Assembly (NCBI GenBank): GCA_963743935.1
Contig: CAVURQ010000005.1
Location: 34,625 to 98,624, forward strand
Direction: 5' to 3'
Source of the DNA: an uncultured beta proteobacterium
GTDB lineage: Bacteria > Pseudomonadota > Gammaproteobacteria > Burkholderiales > Burkholderiaceae_C
DNA: 64,000 bases
Positions 1-9,325 of the stretch are shown piece after piece. The notes under the pieces were generated by a model, which ran no database searches, had not been told where the DNA came from, and worked only from the letters and a program-made list of their open reading frames with translations. Position 1 is the stretch's first letter, and the number at the start of each line of letters is the position of its first letter. Made by a program: the position numbers and the translations under genes.

Positions 1-1090
1 TGCGCGAGGCCACCGTTTCCGCCTTGGTGTGCGCGGCGATCACCGCATCCACCACCGTCTGCGCAAAATCCTTCGGCAGCTCGCCGCGCATGCGGCGCTG
101 CAGTTCGTCGGCGAGCTGCGGAAACGCCGCCCGGTAGGCGGCGAAGCGCGCGCTCCATTCGCCTTCGGCGGCGTCGCCCCGCGCCTTGTGGTCCCACAGC
201 GAATAAGCCGCCTCGGGGATGACGAAGGGCTCGAAGCTCCAGCCCAGGGCCGCGCGTGTCAGTGCGATCTCTTCCGCGCCCAGCGCCTCGCCGTGTGCCT
301 TGGCGGTGCCGGCACGGTTTGGCGAACCCTTGCCGATGGTCGTCTTGCAGATGATCATCGTCGGCCGCGTCGCCGAGGCCTGCGCCTGCTTCAGGGCGGC
401 GTCGACCGCGGCCACGTCGTGCCCATCGATTGGCCCGATGACCTCCCAGCCATAGGCCTGGAAACGCTGGGCGACGTTGTCGATGTACCAGGGCTTGACG
501 GCGCCGTCGATGCTGATGCCGTTGTCGTCGTACAGGCCCACCAGCTTGTTCAGCTTCCAGGCACCGGCCAGCGCGCAGGCCTCGTGGCTGATGCCTTCCA
601 TCAGGCAGCCGTCGCCCATGAAGACATAGGTGCGGTGGTCCACCACCGCATGGCCGGGGCGGTTGAATTGCGCCGCCAGCAGCTTTTCGGCCAGCGCCAT
701 GCCGACCGCATTGGCCAGGCCCTGGCCGAGCGGCCCGGTGGTGGTTTCCACACCCGCCGTGACGTCCACCTCCGGATGGCCCGGGGTCTGGCTGTGCAAC
801 TGGCGGAAGTTGCGCAACTCGCTCATGCCCAGATCGAATCCGGTCAGATGCAGCAGCGCGTACTGCAGCATCGAACCGTGGCCGTTGGACAGCACGAAGC
901 GGTCGCGATCGGTCCAGTGCGGGTTGCGCGGGTTGTACTTCAGGTGCCGGTCCCACAGCGCGACGGCGATCTCGGCCATGCCCATCGGCGCGCCGGGGTG
1001 GCCCGAATTGGCCTGCTGCACGGCGTCCATCGCCAGGGCGCGGATGGCGTTGGCCATCAGCGAAGAGTCTTCTTTCGATGGGGTTGGCAT
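1..1090 (-). CDS. tkt: Transketolase (N-terminal part; runs off the window start)
   Basis: Read from the minus strand (not in ORF track): [40 protein letters not shown]...[13 protein letters not shown]...GHPE...TTGPLGQG...GDGCLMEG ThDP motif. Confidence 0.96.
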   Translation of the reverse strand, partial: MPTPSKEDSSLMANAIRALAMDAVQQANSGHPGAPMGMAEIAVALWDRHLKYNPRNPHWTDRDRFVLSNGHGSMLQYALLHLTGFDLGMSELRNFRQLHSQTPGHPEVDVTAGVETTTGPLGQGLANAVGMALAEKLLAAQFNRPGHAVVDHRTYVFMGDGCLMEGISHEACALAGAWKLNKLVGLYDDNGISIDGAVKPWYIDNVAQRFQAYGWEVIGPIDGHDVAAVDAALKQAQASATRPTMIICKTTIGKGSPNRAGTAKAHGEALGAEEIALTRAALGWSFEPFVIPEAAYSLWDHKARGDAAEGEWSARFAAYRAAFPQLADELQRRMRGELPKDFAQTVVDAVIAAHTKAETVASR

Positions 1091-1146
1091 GTGGAGGGAG
1101 CCTTGGAGTTGCGGATTCGGGGAGGGGCGAGGCGCGGATTTTAGAG

Positions 1147-1189
1147 CCTGCCTCCTGCCTGCCAGCATGGCTGGCAGGCAGGAGGCAGG
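1147..1189. repeat. Perfect 20-bp inverted repeat (hairpin, 3-nt loop)
   Basis: CCTGCCTCCTGCCTGCCAGC-ATG-GCTGGCAGGCAGGAGGCAGG between divergent tkt and murU. Confidence 0.9.
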
Positions 1190-1254
1190 GGCTTGAAAAG
1201 CACGGCCACGCGCCCACGGGCGCGCAGCACGCTCACGCCCTACACTCGCGCCGC

Positions 1255-1956
1255 ATGAAAGCCCTGATCCTGGCCGCCGGCCGCGGCGAGCGCATGCGCC
1301 CTCTCACCGACACCACGCCCAAGCCGCTGCTGCAGGTGCATGGCAAGGCGTTGGTCGAATGGCACCTCGAAGGGCTGGCACGCGCCGGGGTGCGCGAGGT
1401 GGTGCTCAACACCGCCTGGCTCGAAGAGCAATTTCCAGCCACCTTGGGTGACGGCGCGCGCTGGGGTCTGTCGATCCACTATTCCACCGAAGGCCGCGAC
1501 CACGGCGGCGCGCTGGAAACGGCCGGCGGCATCCGCAAGGCACTGCCGTGGTTGGCGCCGCGCGGCGACGAAGCCTTCTGGGTGGTGTCGGGCGACATTT
1601 TCATGCCGGGTTTCGAGTTCGATGCCGCGCTGGCCGCGGCCTTCGCCGCCAGCACGGACCTGGGCCTGCTGTGGCTGGTGCCCAACCCCGGCTTCCACGA
1701 GCGCGGCGACTTCAACCTGGACGGCACACGACTGCGCCGCGGCGCGGCGGCTGCGCCGCACGCCTGGACCTACGCCAACGTGGCGCTGCTGCGCCCGGCG
1801 CTGGTGGCATCGCTGCCACTCGGCCAGCGCGCGCCGCTCGGCCCACTGCTGTTCGACGCCGCTGCGGCCAACCGTCTGGCCGGCCGCGTGCTCGACGGCC
1901 CATGGCACAACCTGGGCACGCCGGCGCAGCTCGAAGCGCTGAACACCGCGGCCTGA
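1255..1956 (+). CDS. murU: Nucleotidyltransferase, MurNAc-alpha-1-phosphate uridylyltransferase-like
   Basis: [34 protein letters not shown] and W.N.GTP.QL motifs; ATG at 1255 inside the ORF-track ORF 1078..1956. Confidence 0.85.
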   Translation: MKALILAAGRGERMRPLTDTTPKPLLQVHGKALVEWHLEGLARAGVREVVLNTAWLEEQFPATLGDGARWGLSIHYSTEGRDHGGALETAGGIRKALPWLAPRGDEAFWVVSGDIFMPGFEFDAALAAAFAASTDLGLLWLVPNPGFHERGDFNLDGTRLRRGAAAAPHAWTYANVALLRPALVASLPLGQRAPLGPLLFDAAAANRLAGRVLDGPWHNLGTPAQLEALNTAA

Positions 1957-1960
1957 CGCA

Positions 1961-2043
1961 GCCAACCCCGGCAACATGCCGGTCAGCCGACCGACCCAGT
2001 TCGAGCTGGTGGTCAACGTGAAGACACAGCCCAGGGTTTGGGC
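1961..2043 (+). pseudogene. Remnant of the C-terminus of an ABC_sub_bind-family substrate-binding protein
   Basis: Translates ANPGNMPVSRPTQFELVVNVKT then, after a frameshift, AQGLG; resembles the family tail [25 protein letters not shown]. Confidence 0.6.
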
Positions 2044-2154
2044 AGCCCGCCGCCAAAGGCGCATCGGCTATCGTGCGGCCGGCACCAAAGGCAGACTTGG
2101 CGGGCCGGTGGGCAAAGGGCAAGTGGGCGCAAACGTTCAGCGCAAGGAGAGTTG

Positions 2155-2676
2155 ATGCACGCGGCGCAGTCGATGGCAGCTTGGTGCGTGGTGATGTGCG
2201 CCGCGACGACCGCGCAGGCCGCTGGCGAGGGACGATTCGGCTGGCTCGGCCTGGGGCCGACCAAAGCCGGCCAGACCCTGGCCCAGACCGAAGCAGCGCT
2301 TGGCGCGCCGCTGCAGATCGCGCCCCCGGTGCCCAAGGACAGCAACGCCTGCCACACGCGCAGCGCGGCCTCGCAACCCGGGGTGGCCTACATCGTCAAC
2401 CAGGGCGTGGTCACACGCATGGAAACCCGCGACAAGCGTTACCTCACCGTGGCTGGCGTGCGTGTCGGCGACGAGGTCAAACGCGTGAAACAGATCTATG
2501 GCCAGCGTTTGAGCGTCGCGCCTCATGTGTACTTTGCTGGCGGGCTGATGCTGACGGTGTATTCGCCGAACCGAAAATTCGCGCTGGTCATGGAAAGCAA
2601 CGACAGCGGACGCATCGTCACGCTGCGTGGCGGGCTGGTGCCGGCGGTGGAGTTTCTCGAAGGCTGCAGCGCATGA
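2155..2676 (+). CDS. Hypothetical exported protein
   Basis: AAGGAG RBS before ATG 2155; signal-peptide-like N-terminus (…AATTAQA/AG); ends VEFLEGCSA; stop overlaps next start (ATGA). Confidence 0.7.
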   Translation: MHAAQSMAAWCVVMCAATTAQAAGEGRFGWLGLGPTKAGQTLAQTEAALGAPLQIAPPVPKDSNACHTRSAASQPGVAYIVNQGVVTRMETRDKRYLTVAGVRVGDEVKRVKQIYGQRLSVAPHVYFAGGLMLTVYSPNRKFALVMESNDSGRIVTLRGGLVPAVEFLEGCSA

Positions 2677-3926
2677 ATGCCACGTCCATCGACATCGCGG
2701 TCATCGGCGCCGGCCCTGTAGGCCTGGCGCTGGCGCTGCACGCCGCGCGTGTGCTGCCGCATGCGCGCGTGAGCCTGTTCGACCAGCGTGATGCGGCGCA
2801 GGACGTGAGCGCCGACCCGCGCACCCTGGCGCTGTCGCTGGGCAGTGTGCAGCTGCTGCAGCGCCTGGGTGCCTGGCCGGCCGATGCGGCACAGCCGATT
2901 GCGCAGGTGCACGTGTCGCAGGTGCTGCAGACGCTGCCATCGCTGGGGGTACTCGGCGCATTCGGCGCGCCCGAGGTGTGCATCCACGCCGCAGAGGAGG
3001 GCGTGCCGATGCTCGGCGCGGTGCTCAGCTACGGCCAGCTGGTGGCGCCGTTGCAGCGCGCCTGGCTGCAGGCAGTGCAGCAGCAGCCGCATCGACTGCA
3101 GGCACGTTTTGGCACCTCGGTGAGTGACCTCAAGGCACTGGACGATGGCGTGGAACTCGACACCGGCATCGCCGAGCGCTTCGACCTGGGTGTGATCGCC
3201 GAAGGCGGCGTGTTCGCGCAGCAGGCGCGCAAGGCGCTGGCGCGTGACTACGGTCAGACCGCGTGGGTCGGCAGCGCCACGCTCGACGGCGGCGCGCCGG
3301 GCCTGGCCATCGAGCGCTTCACGCGCCACGGGCCGTTGGCCCTGTTGCCGCTACGTTCGGCCGGCGATTCGGCGCCCCGGGCTCAGGGCCGCGGCGCGGC
3401 GCGGGGGCCAGCAACCGCCACACGCCGCGCCGCGCTCGTGTGGTGTGTGGACAGCGCCGACGACCCGGTGCGCGAGCTGGACGCAGCGCAGCGCCAGGCG
3501 GTGCTCAACACACTGCTGCCCGAGGTCGCCGGGCGCATCGTCGGCCTGTCGGCGTTGAAGGATTTTGCCCTCGGCCTGAACGCCGAGCGCACGCTCGTGC
3601 AAGGGCGCAGCGTGCGCATCGGCAACGCCGCGCAGACACTGCATCCCGTGGCGGGCCAGGGCCTGAACCTGGGTCTGCGCGATGCCTTCGAGCTGGTGCA
3701 GGTGCTGCGCAGCCAGGGCGACATCGACGCCGCGCTCAGGCGTGTGGAATGGGCACGTGCCGCGGACCGCTGGAGCATGATCGCCGCCACCGATTTCCTG
3801 GCACGCAGCTTCACCTGGCAGCTGCCGGGGCTGACCGCGGCGCGCGGCCTGGGGCTGGCCGCGCTGCAGGCGGCCGGGCCGCTGAAGTCCTTGCTGGCGC
3901 GACGCATGATGTTCGGCTCGAGGTAG
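2673..3926 (+). CDS. ubiH: FAD-dependent hydroxylase, UbiH/Coq6 family
   Basis: IAVIGAGPVG FAD motif, AIERFTRHGPLALLP, IGNAAQTLHPVAGQGLNLGLRD. Confidence 0.85.
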   Translation: MNATSIDIAVIGAGPVGLALALHAARVLPHARVSLFDQRDAAQDVSADPRTLALSLGSVQLLQRLGAWPADAAQPIAQVHVSQVLQTLPSLGVLGAFGAPEVCIHAAEEGVPMLGAVLSYGQLVAPLQRAWLQAVQQQPHRLQARFGTSVSDLKALDDGVELDTGIAERFDLGVIAEGGVFAQQARKALARDYGQTAWVGSATLDGGAPGLAIERFTRHGPLALLPLRSAGDSAPRAQGRGAARGPATATRRAALVWCVDSADDPVRELDAAQRQAVLNTLLPEVAGRIVGLSALKDFALGLNAERTLVQGRSVRIGNAAQTLHPVAGQGLNLGLRDAFELVQVLRSQGDIDAALRRVEWARAADRWSMIAATDFLARSFTWQLPGLTAARGLGLAALQAAGPLKSLLARRMMFGSR

Positions 3927-4065
3927 GCCTGCCTGCGGCTTCGCTTCCTACCGTGTCGACGCAGCCACCCGCTTGTGGCGCTTGGCCGGTCATCGCGTGA
4001 GCGCCATAAGCCAAGGTTCGCACCGGCGCATGTGACCCGCCTTCGGGGTCGGCGAAGCGCGCGAT

Positions 4066-6210
4066 TCAGCCGCTGACCAGGCGCACGCGGCGTGGTTCGC
4101 CGGCGCCTTGCGCCTGCGAGAGTCGCAGGCGTTTCTCGAAGCTCAGGCTGTCCAGGGCCGGCGCGAACAGGAAACCCTGGAACTCGTGGCAGCCATTGCT
4201 CTGCAGGAACTGGCGCTGTGCTTCGGACTCGACCCCCTCGGCGATGACCTTCATGCCCAAGGCATCCGCCATCTGCAGGATGGCGACGACGATGGCGCGA
4301 TCGCTGTCCTCGCCAGGCAGGCCCTGAATGAAGCTGCGGTCGATCTTCAGCTTGTCGATCGGAAAACGCTTCAGGTAGGCCAGGCTCGAATAGCCGGTGC
4401 CGAAGTCGTCGATCGACAAGCGCACGCCGATGCGGGCCAGCGCCTGCAGGCGCTGCAGCGCCTCGTCGGCATCGCGCACCAGGATCGATTCGGTCAGCTC
4501 CAGCTCCAGCAGGTGGGCCGGCAGGCGGCTCTCGGCAAGCACGGCGGCGACGCGCTCGACGAACTGCGGCTGCTGGAACTGCAATGCCGACACGTTGATG
4601 GCAATCGGCACGGGCAAGCCGCGCCGCAACCAGTCCGCGCCCTGGCGCACGGCCTGCGCCAGCACCCAGTCGCCCAGGGCGACGATGAAGCCCGAGTCTT
4701 CGGCCACGGGAATGAAACGCGCGGGTGCGACTTCGCCCAGGGCCGGGTCGCGCCAACGGATCAGCGCCTCGGCACCGACCACGGCGCCACCGGCCAACGC
4801 CACCTGCGGCTGGTAGTGCAGCCTGAAACGCCCGCTCGCCAGCGCCTGCCGCATGGCGTGGTCGAGCTCGATGTCGGCGCGGCGGTCGCCGCCGCCTCCG
4901 CCCTTGTGCACGCGGTAATGGCCGCGGCCGCCTTCCTTGACGGCCGACACCGCCGCCTCGGCATGGCGCACCAGCTCATCGGCACTGTGGCCGTTGTCCG
5001 GGCACAGCGCGCCGCCGATGCTGCAGGTGAGCGTGAACTGCGCGCCGTCCAGGTTGTAGGGCGCGGCCACCGCGTCGAGCACGCGCCGCGCGCTGCGTTC
5101 GGCGGCCGGGTGGTCGGCGCCGTCGACCAGCAGCGCGAACTGGTCGCCGCCGGTGCGCGCCAGCAGGTCGTCCGCGCGCATGCACGCGCGAATGCGCTGC
5201 GCCACGTCGATGAGCACACGGTCGCCGATCTCGTGGCCCAGGCTGTCGTTGATCTGGCGAAAGCGGTCCAGGTCGATGCTCAGCAGTGCGAAGCCGCCAC
5301 CTTCGTGGCGTGAGCGCTGGCAGGCCTTGGCCGCGTGCTCGGCCAACTGGCGACGGTTGGGCAGGCCGGTCAGCGCATCGGTCAGCGACAGCTGCTCGAT
5401 GCGCTGCTGCGCCGCGAGCTGCGGGCTCAGGTCGCGGAAGGAATACACCCGGCCCATGGGCTGGCCGCGACACCACAACGGGCGCGCGACGCGCTCCAGC
5501 ACCTGTCCCGAATGCAAGGTGATGCGCTCGGTGGCGCTGAGCAGCGTGGCCTCCTGCAAGGCGCGCAGGGTGCGCTGGTAGGACTCGCCGTCGCTGACGC
5601 TGCGGCGCATCCAGTCGTGCACGGCCTCGTCCTGGCGCGTGTGCAGCAGGTCTTCGGGAATCGCCCACAGCGCCGCGAAACGGCGGTTGAAGGCGCGGAT
5701 GCGGCCCACCAGATCGGTCACCAGAATGCCGTCGGCCGTGGATTCCAGCGTCGCCTGCAGCTCGGCCACGACCTGTTCGCGCGCGTCCTCGGCACGGCGC
5801 ATCGCGCTGCGGTCGCTCAATACCACCAGGTAGTGGCGCGGCGCCTTGGCCTGGCCTGCGCGCACATCGTCGCCGGCGTCCAGCGGTCGGATGCAACGCG
5901 TCACGTGCAGGGGGTGACCGTCCGCGCCGCACAGCGTCGTGTCCGATTGCAGCGCGCCACAGGCACCTGATGCGGCGGCATCCCAGAAGGCCAGATCCTC
6001 CGGCGTGGCGATCAGCGCTTCGGCGTTCGCACCCACCAGGCTCTGGCCGCGACGGCCCAGCAATGCTTGCGCGGCGGCGTTGTCCAGCACCACCCGGTGG
6101 CTTTGTGCATCGACGATCCAGGCGGCGTCGGGAAGACTGTCGACAAGAGGCCGCCAGGCGGTCAACAGCGCCGTGTGATCCACCGCATGCGCTGCCGAAG
6201 CGACGTTCAC
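4066..6210 (-). CDS. PAS-PAS-GGDEF(degenerate)-EAL c-di-GMP phosphodiesterase
   Basis: GTG start overlapping upstream stop (GTGA); DALTGLPNR; GGDQF in place of GGDEF; AEALIRW; ELELTES; DDFGTGYSSL; IAEGVE. Confidence 0.9.
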   Translation of the reverse strand: MNVASAAHAVDHTALLTAWRPLVDSLPDAAWIVDAQSHRVVLDNAAAQALLGRRGQSLVGANAEALIATPEDLAFWDAAASGACGALQSDTTLCGADGHPLHVTRCIRPLDAGDDVRAGQAKAPRHYLVVLSDRSAMRRAEDAREQVVAELQATLESTADGILVTDLVGRIRAFNRRFAALWAIPEDLLHTRQDEAVHDWMRRSVSDGESYQRTLRALQEATLLSATERITLHSGQVLERVARPLWCRGQPMGRVYSFRDLSPQLAAQQRIEQLSLTDALTGLPNRRQLAEHAAKACQRSRHEGGGFALLSIDLDRFRQINDSLGHEIGDRVLIDVAQRIRACMRADDLLARTGGDQFALLVDGADHPAAERSARRVLDAVAAPYNLDGAQFTLTCSIGGALCPDNGHSADELVRHAEAAVSAVKEGGRGHYRVHKGGGGGDRRADIELDHAMRQALASGRFRLHYQPQVALAGGAVVGAEALIRWRDPALGEVAPARFIPVAEDSGFIVALGDWVLAQAVRQGADWLRRGLPVPIAINVSALQFQQPQFVERVAAVLAESRLPAHLLELELTESILVRDADEALQRLQALARIGVRLSIDDFGTGYSSLAYLKRFPIDKLKIDRSFIQGLPGEDSDRAIVVAILQMADALGMKVIAEGVESEAQRQFLQSNGCHEFQGFLFAPALDSLSFEKRLRLSQAQGAGEPRRVRLVSG

Positions 6211-7491
6211 GCCGGCACCACGTCTTCGTCCGCCACCATGCCGGTGCGCGCCAGTTCGAAGAAGTAGGCCACGCGCGGCCGCGGCGCCAGGTAGTCCAGC
6301 GCTTCCAGCGGCAGCTGCGCGGGCTTCAGGCTGCGCCGGATGCCGAGGTCGGGCGTGGCCATCAGGTTCAGGTGCACGGCCTCGTCGCGCGGCAGCTTCG
6401 GGTCGTGCACCAGCACGTTCGGCTTGAGCGGACGCGTCGAGTTGACGCTCATCACCAGCGCGTAGCGGTCGTCGGTGAGCTGCACCACCGAGCCGGCCGG
6501 ATACACGCCCATCATGCGGATGAAGGAGTTCAACATGCTCGAATCGAACTGCGCGCGCGACTGTGCGAACAACTGCGACAGCGCCTCGTGCGGCGTCAAG
6601 GACTGCGACAGCACCGGCGGATTGCACAGCCGGTCGTAGCGGTCGACCAGGGCGACGATGCGCGCCGCGACGGACAGGCGCTCGGCCTTCAGGCGCAGCG
6701 GGAAACCCGAACCGTCGGCACGCTCATGGTGCTGCGCCAGCACCAGCAGCGCGCCGCTGGCCAGGCCCATGCGCTTGCCGTGCACCACGCCGTGGGCCAC
6801 GTGCTCGCGGTAGGCCGATCACGTCTTCCTTGCGGCTGCGCTCGTCGGCGTGGCGCAGCCGTTCGGGCAGATCGATCTTGCCCACGTCGTGCATCAGCGC
6901 GCCCGTGCCCAGATCGAGCATCTCGTTGTCGTCCAGGCCGAAGACGCGGCCCATCAGCAAGGAGATGACGGTCACGTTCATGGCGTGCGCACTCGCGCCA
7001 TCGCCGGCATTGCAGCTGAGCAGGCGGATGCACATGTCGCCATCCACCAGCATCTTGTCGAGCAGCGAGCGTGTCAGGTTTTCGGTGTCGCGGCGCGCCT
7101 GTTCGGGCATGGCGACGACGCGGTCCTGGGCCGCGCACCAGGCGCGGCCGGCCTCGTCGAACTGCTTCTGGCACAGCAGGGCCGAGTCGCGCTGCGCCGC
7201 GAGCAAGGCGCGGCGCTCCTGCTCCTGCGCGGACACCTGCGGGACGGCCTTGGGCGCCGGCGTCTGGCTGAGCGGTGGCTCGTCGTCGGCGCGCGAGGCG
7301 GGTGTCGGCGCCAGCTCGCTCTTGTCCGGGCTCCAGCGCAACTGGCGCAGCCCGAGACTGCGGATCCGCTCGATCTGCTGCGCATGGGTGATGCGAAAGC
7401 TGCTCACCGGGAACGGATGTTTCATCCACCCCAGGTCGAGGTGAATGAACATGCCAACGCGCAATTCGTCTACGCCGATCTTGCCCGACAT
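6207..7491 (-). CDS. HD-GYP phosphodiesterase with N-terminal DUF3391 (frameshift near 6816)
   Basis: N-part LRVGMFIHLDLGWMKHPF…ALMHDVGK (ORF 6724..7596) joins C-part HHERADGSGFP…MGVYPAGSVVQL (ORF 6207..6800) through a 1-nt shift. Confidence 0.88.
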
Positions 7492-7544
7492 CGCAAGCTT
7501 CCTGTGGATCCGGGCCGCGGTGTTGCGCCCGGTCTGCCCTTGTC

Positions 7545-7572
7545 TTTTCGGCAGACGGGCGCGAGGACTTGA
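7545..7572 (-). promoter_or_regulatory. Putative sigma-28 (FliA) promoter
   Basis: Minus strand TCAAG-N15-GCCGAAAA about 55 nt upstream of the HD-GYP start; resembles TCAAG/TAAAG-N14-GCCGATAA with spacing one base longer. Confidence 0.55.
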
Positions 7573-7668
7573 ACCGGCACGCCGGCAGCGCGGCATGCGC
7601 CCACCGTGACGCCTGCCACGCGGGCTGCGCTGCGGCGTGCGGAAGTTCTCGGTGGGCGGCGCGCGGGC

Positions 7669-8547
7669 TCAGCCCGCGCGCAGCGCCGCCGCCAGCAGCG
7701 GCACCAGCGAGACCACGTTGCTCGGGTGCGGCACGCTGTCGCTGCTCCAGACATGGCGCACGCCGGCCTGAGCCAGCTGTGCGATGGCGTCGTCGACGAA
7801 CAGCGCATGCGTCACCGCCACGTCGACGCTGGCAGCGCCTTGTTCGAACAGCGCGGCGGCGGTCACCGCCAGCGTGCGCCCGGTGCTGGCCACGTCGTCG
7901 ATGAGCACCACCTCGCGGCCTTGGAATGACATGTCGGGCAACGCGACGCGCACCTCGCGATCGCCGCTGCGCTGCTTGACGCAGGTGCCATGCTGCAGGC
8001 CCTGCGCCTTAGCCGCGGCTTGCACCCACGGCGCGGCTTCTTCGTCGGGCCCGAGAAGGATCGGGCTTCGTGCATGGCGTGCCGCCCAGGCACCGAGCAG
8101 GGGCGCGGCGGACAGTGCCAGGCCGCGTCGGCCAGGCAGCACCTCGTCCATCGTGGCCACGCGGTGCAGGTGCGGATCGACGGTGATGACGGCATCGAAC
8201 CAACTCGCCAGCGCCTGTCCGACGTGCCGTTGGCTCACGGCTTCGCCCGGCTGGAAAGCCATGTCCTGGCGCATGTAGGCCAGGTACGGGCACACGAGTG
8301 TGAGCAGGGCCGCGCCCAGTTCCCGCGCTGCGGGCGCCACGATCATCAGCTCGGCCAGCTTGTGATTGGGCCGGTGCAGCCCGCGCAGCAGTGCCACGCG
8401 CGACGGCAGCCTCGCAGGCAGGCGCAGCTTGCTTTCGCCGTCGGGAAAGCGGTGGCGCTCGACCCAGTGCAACGGGCAGCCCAGCGCCACGGCCAACGGC
8501 TCGGCCAGGGCGCGCTCGTCGTCGAAGGCCAGCAGCACGTCGGTCAT
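7669..8547 (-). CDS. Ribose-phosphate pyrophosphokinase family protein (second, atypical Prs)
   Basis: HRFPDGES, CPYLAYMRQD, ITVDPHLH, LGPDEEA, VLIDDVASTGRT, VTHALF. Confidence 0.88.
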   Translation of the reverse strand: MTDVLLAFDDERALAEPLAVALGCPLHWVERHRFPDGESKLRLPARLPSRVALLRGLHRPNHKLAELMIVAPAARELGAALLTLVCPYLAYMRQDMAFQPGEAVSQRHVGQALASWFDAVITVDPHLHRVATMDEVLPGRRGLALSAAPLLGAWAARHARSPILLGPDEEAAPWVQAAAKAQGLQHGTCVKQRSGDREVRVALPDMSFQGREVVLIDDVASTGRTLAVTAAALFEQGAASVDVAVTHALFVDDAIAQLAQAGVRHVWSSDSVPHPSNVVSLVPLLAAALRAG

Positions 8548-8557
8548 CGCAGGGCTT

Positions 8558-9325
8558 TCATGGCGAAGGAGGCGGCGCGGAAGGATCCAGCCGCGATTGA
8601 ATCTGCTCGCGCAGGTGCACCGCCAGCGCGCGTCGGTCGGCGTGCCGCGCACCCTGCGGCATCAGCAGTTCCACGTGCACGCCCAGGCCTTGTGCCGAGA
8701 CCATGCGCCAGACACTCTGCAGCAACGTGGTGTCGCCCACGAACTGCACCGCCGGGCTGAATCGATGGCCCGGCTGGCTGTAGCGCAATACGACGCCTTG
8801 CACGGGCGTGCCGGTGGCGATCGCCGCCTGCAGCAGGTTGGCGTGAAAGGGCAACAGCATGGCGCCGTCGCCGGTGGTGCCTTCGGGAAACACCGCCACC
8901 GTGTCGCCCGCCTTCAGCGATTCGGCCACCTGGTGCAGCACGCGCAAGGCATCGCGCTTGCGTTCGCGCTCGATGAACAGCGTGCCCGCGCCCTTGATCA
9001 ACCAGCCGAGCAGCGGCCAGGCCAGCACATCGGCCTTGGAGACGAAGCGCGCCTGCGGCGCCACCGCGTGGATGGCGGCGATGTCGAGCCAGGACACATG
9101 ATTGGCCAGCAGCAAGGTCGCACCCGGACGCGGCGTGCCGCTGAGCTGCAGTTGCAGGCCGACCACGCGCACCAGCTTGGCCGACCACCACTGGATACGC
9201 TGCTGGCGCCCTGCCGCATCGAGCGATGGGAAGCGCAGGGCCATCACCGCGATGCCGTGCAGCAGGTGCACGAGCATGCGCACGATGCGCCAGGCCGCGC
9301 GCAGGCTGCGCATCGGGCCACGCAT
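8558..9325 (-). CDS. Lysophospholipid acyltransferase (PlsC family)
   Basis: NHVSWLD (HX4D), GTLFIERE, VFPEGTT. Confidence 0.9.
   Translation of the reverse strand: MRGPMRSLRAAWRIVRMLVHLLHGIAVMALRFPSLDAAGRQQRIQWWSAKLVRVVGLQLQLSGTPRPGATLLLANHVSWLDIAAIHAVAPQARFVSKADVLAWPLLGWLIKGAGTLFIERERKRDALRVLHQVAESLKAGDTVAVFPEGTTGDGAMLLPFHANLLQAAIATGTPVQGVVLRYSQPGHRFSPAVQFVGDTTLLQSVWRMVSAQGLGVHVELLMPQGARHADRRALAVHLREQIQSRLDPSAPPPSP

Noticed and set aside
29-1144. 371-aa plus-strand ORF and many other long overlapping ORFs (e.g. 12096..14612, 32555..35173, 49616..51676)
   Set aside because: Antisense or off-frame shadows of real genes. High GC suppresses stop codons, and the translations are Arg/Ala/Pro-rich with no motifs.
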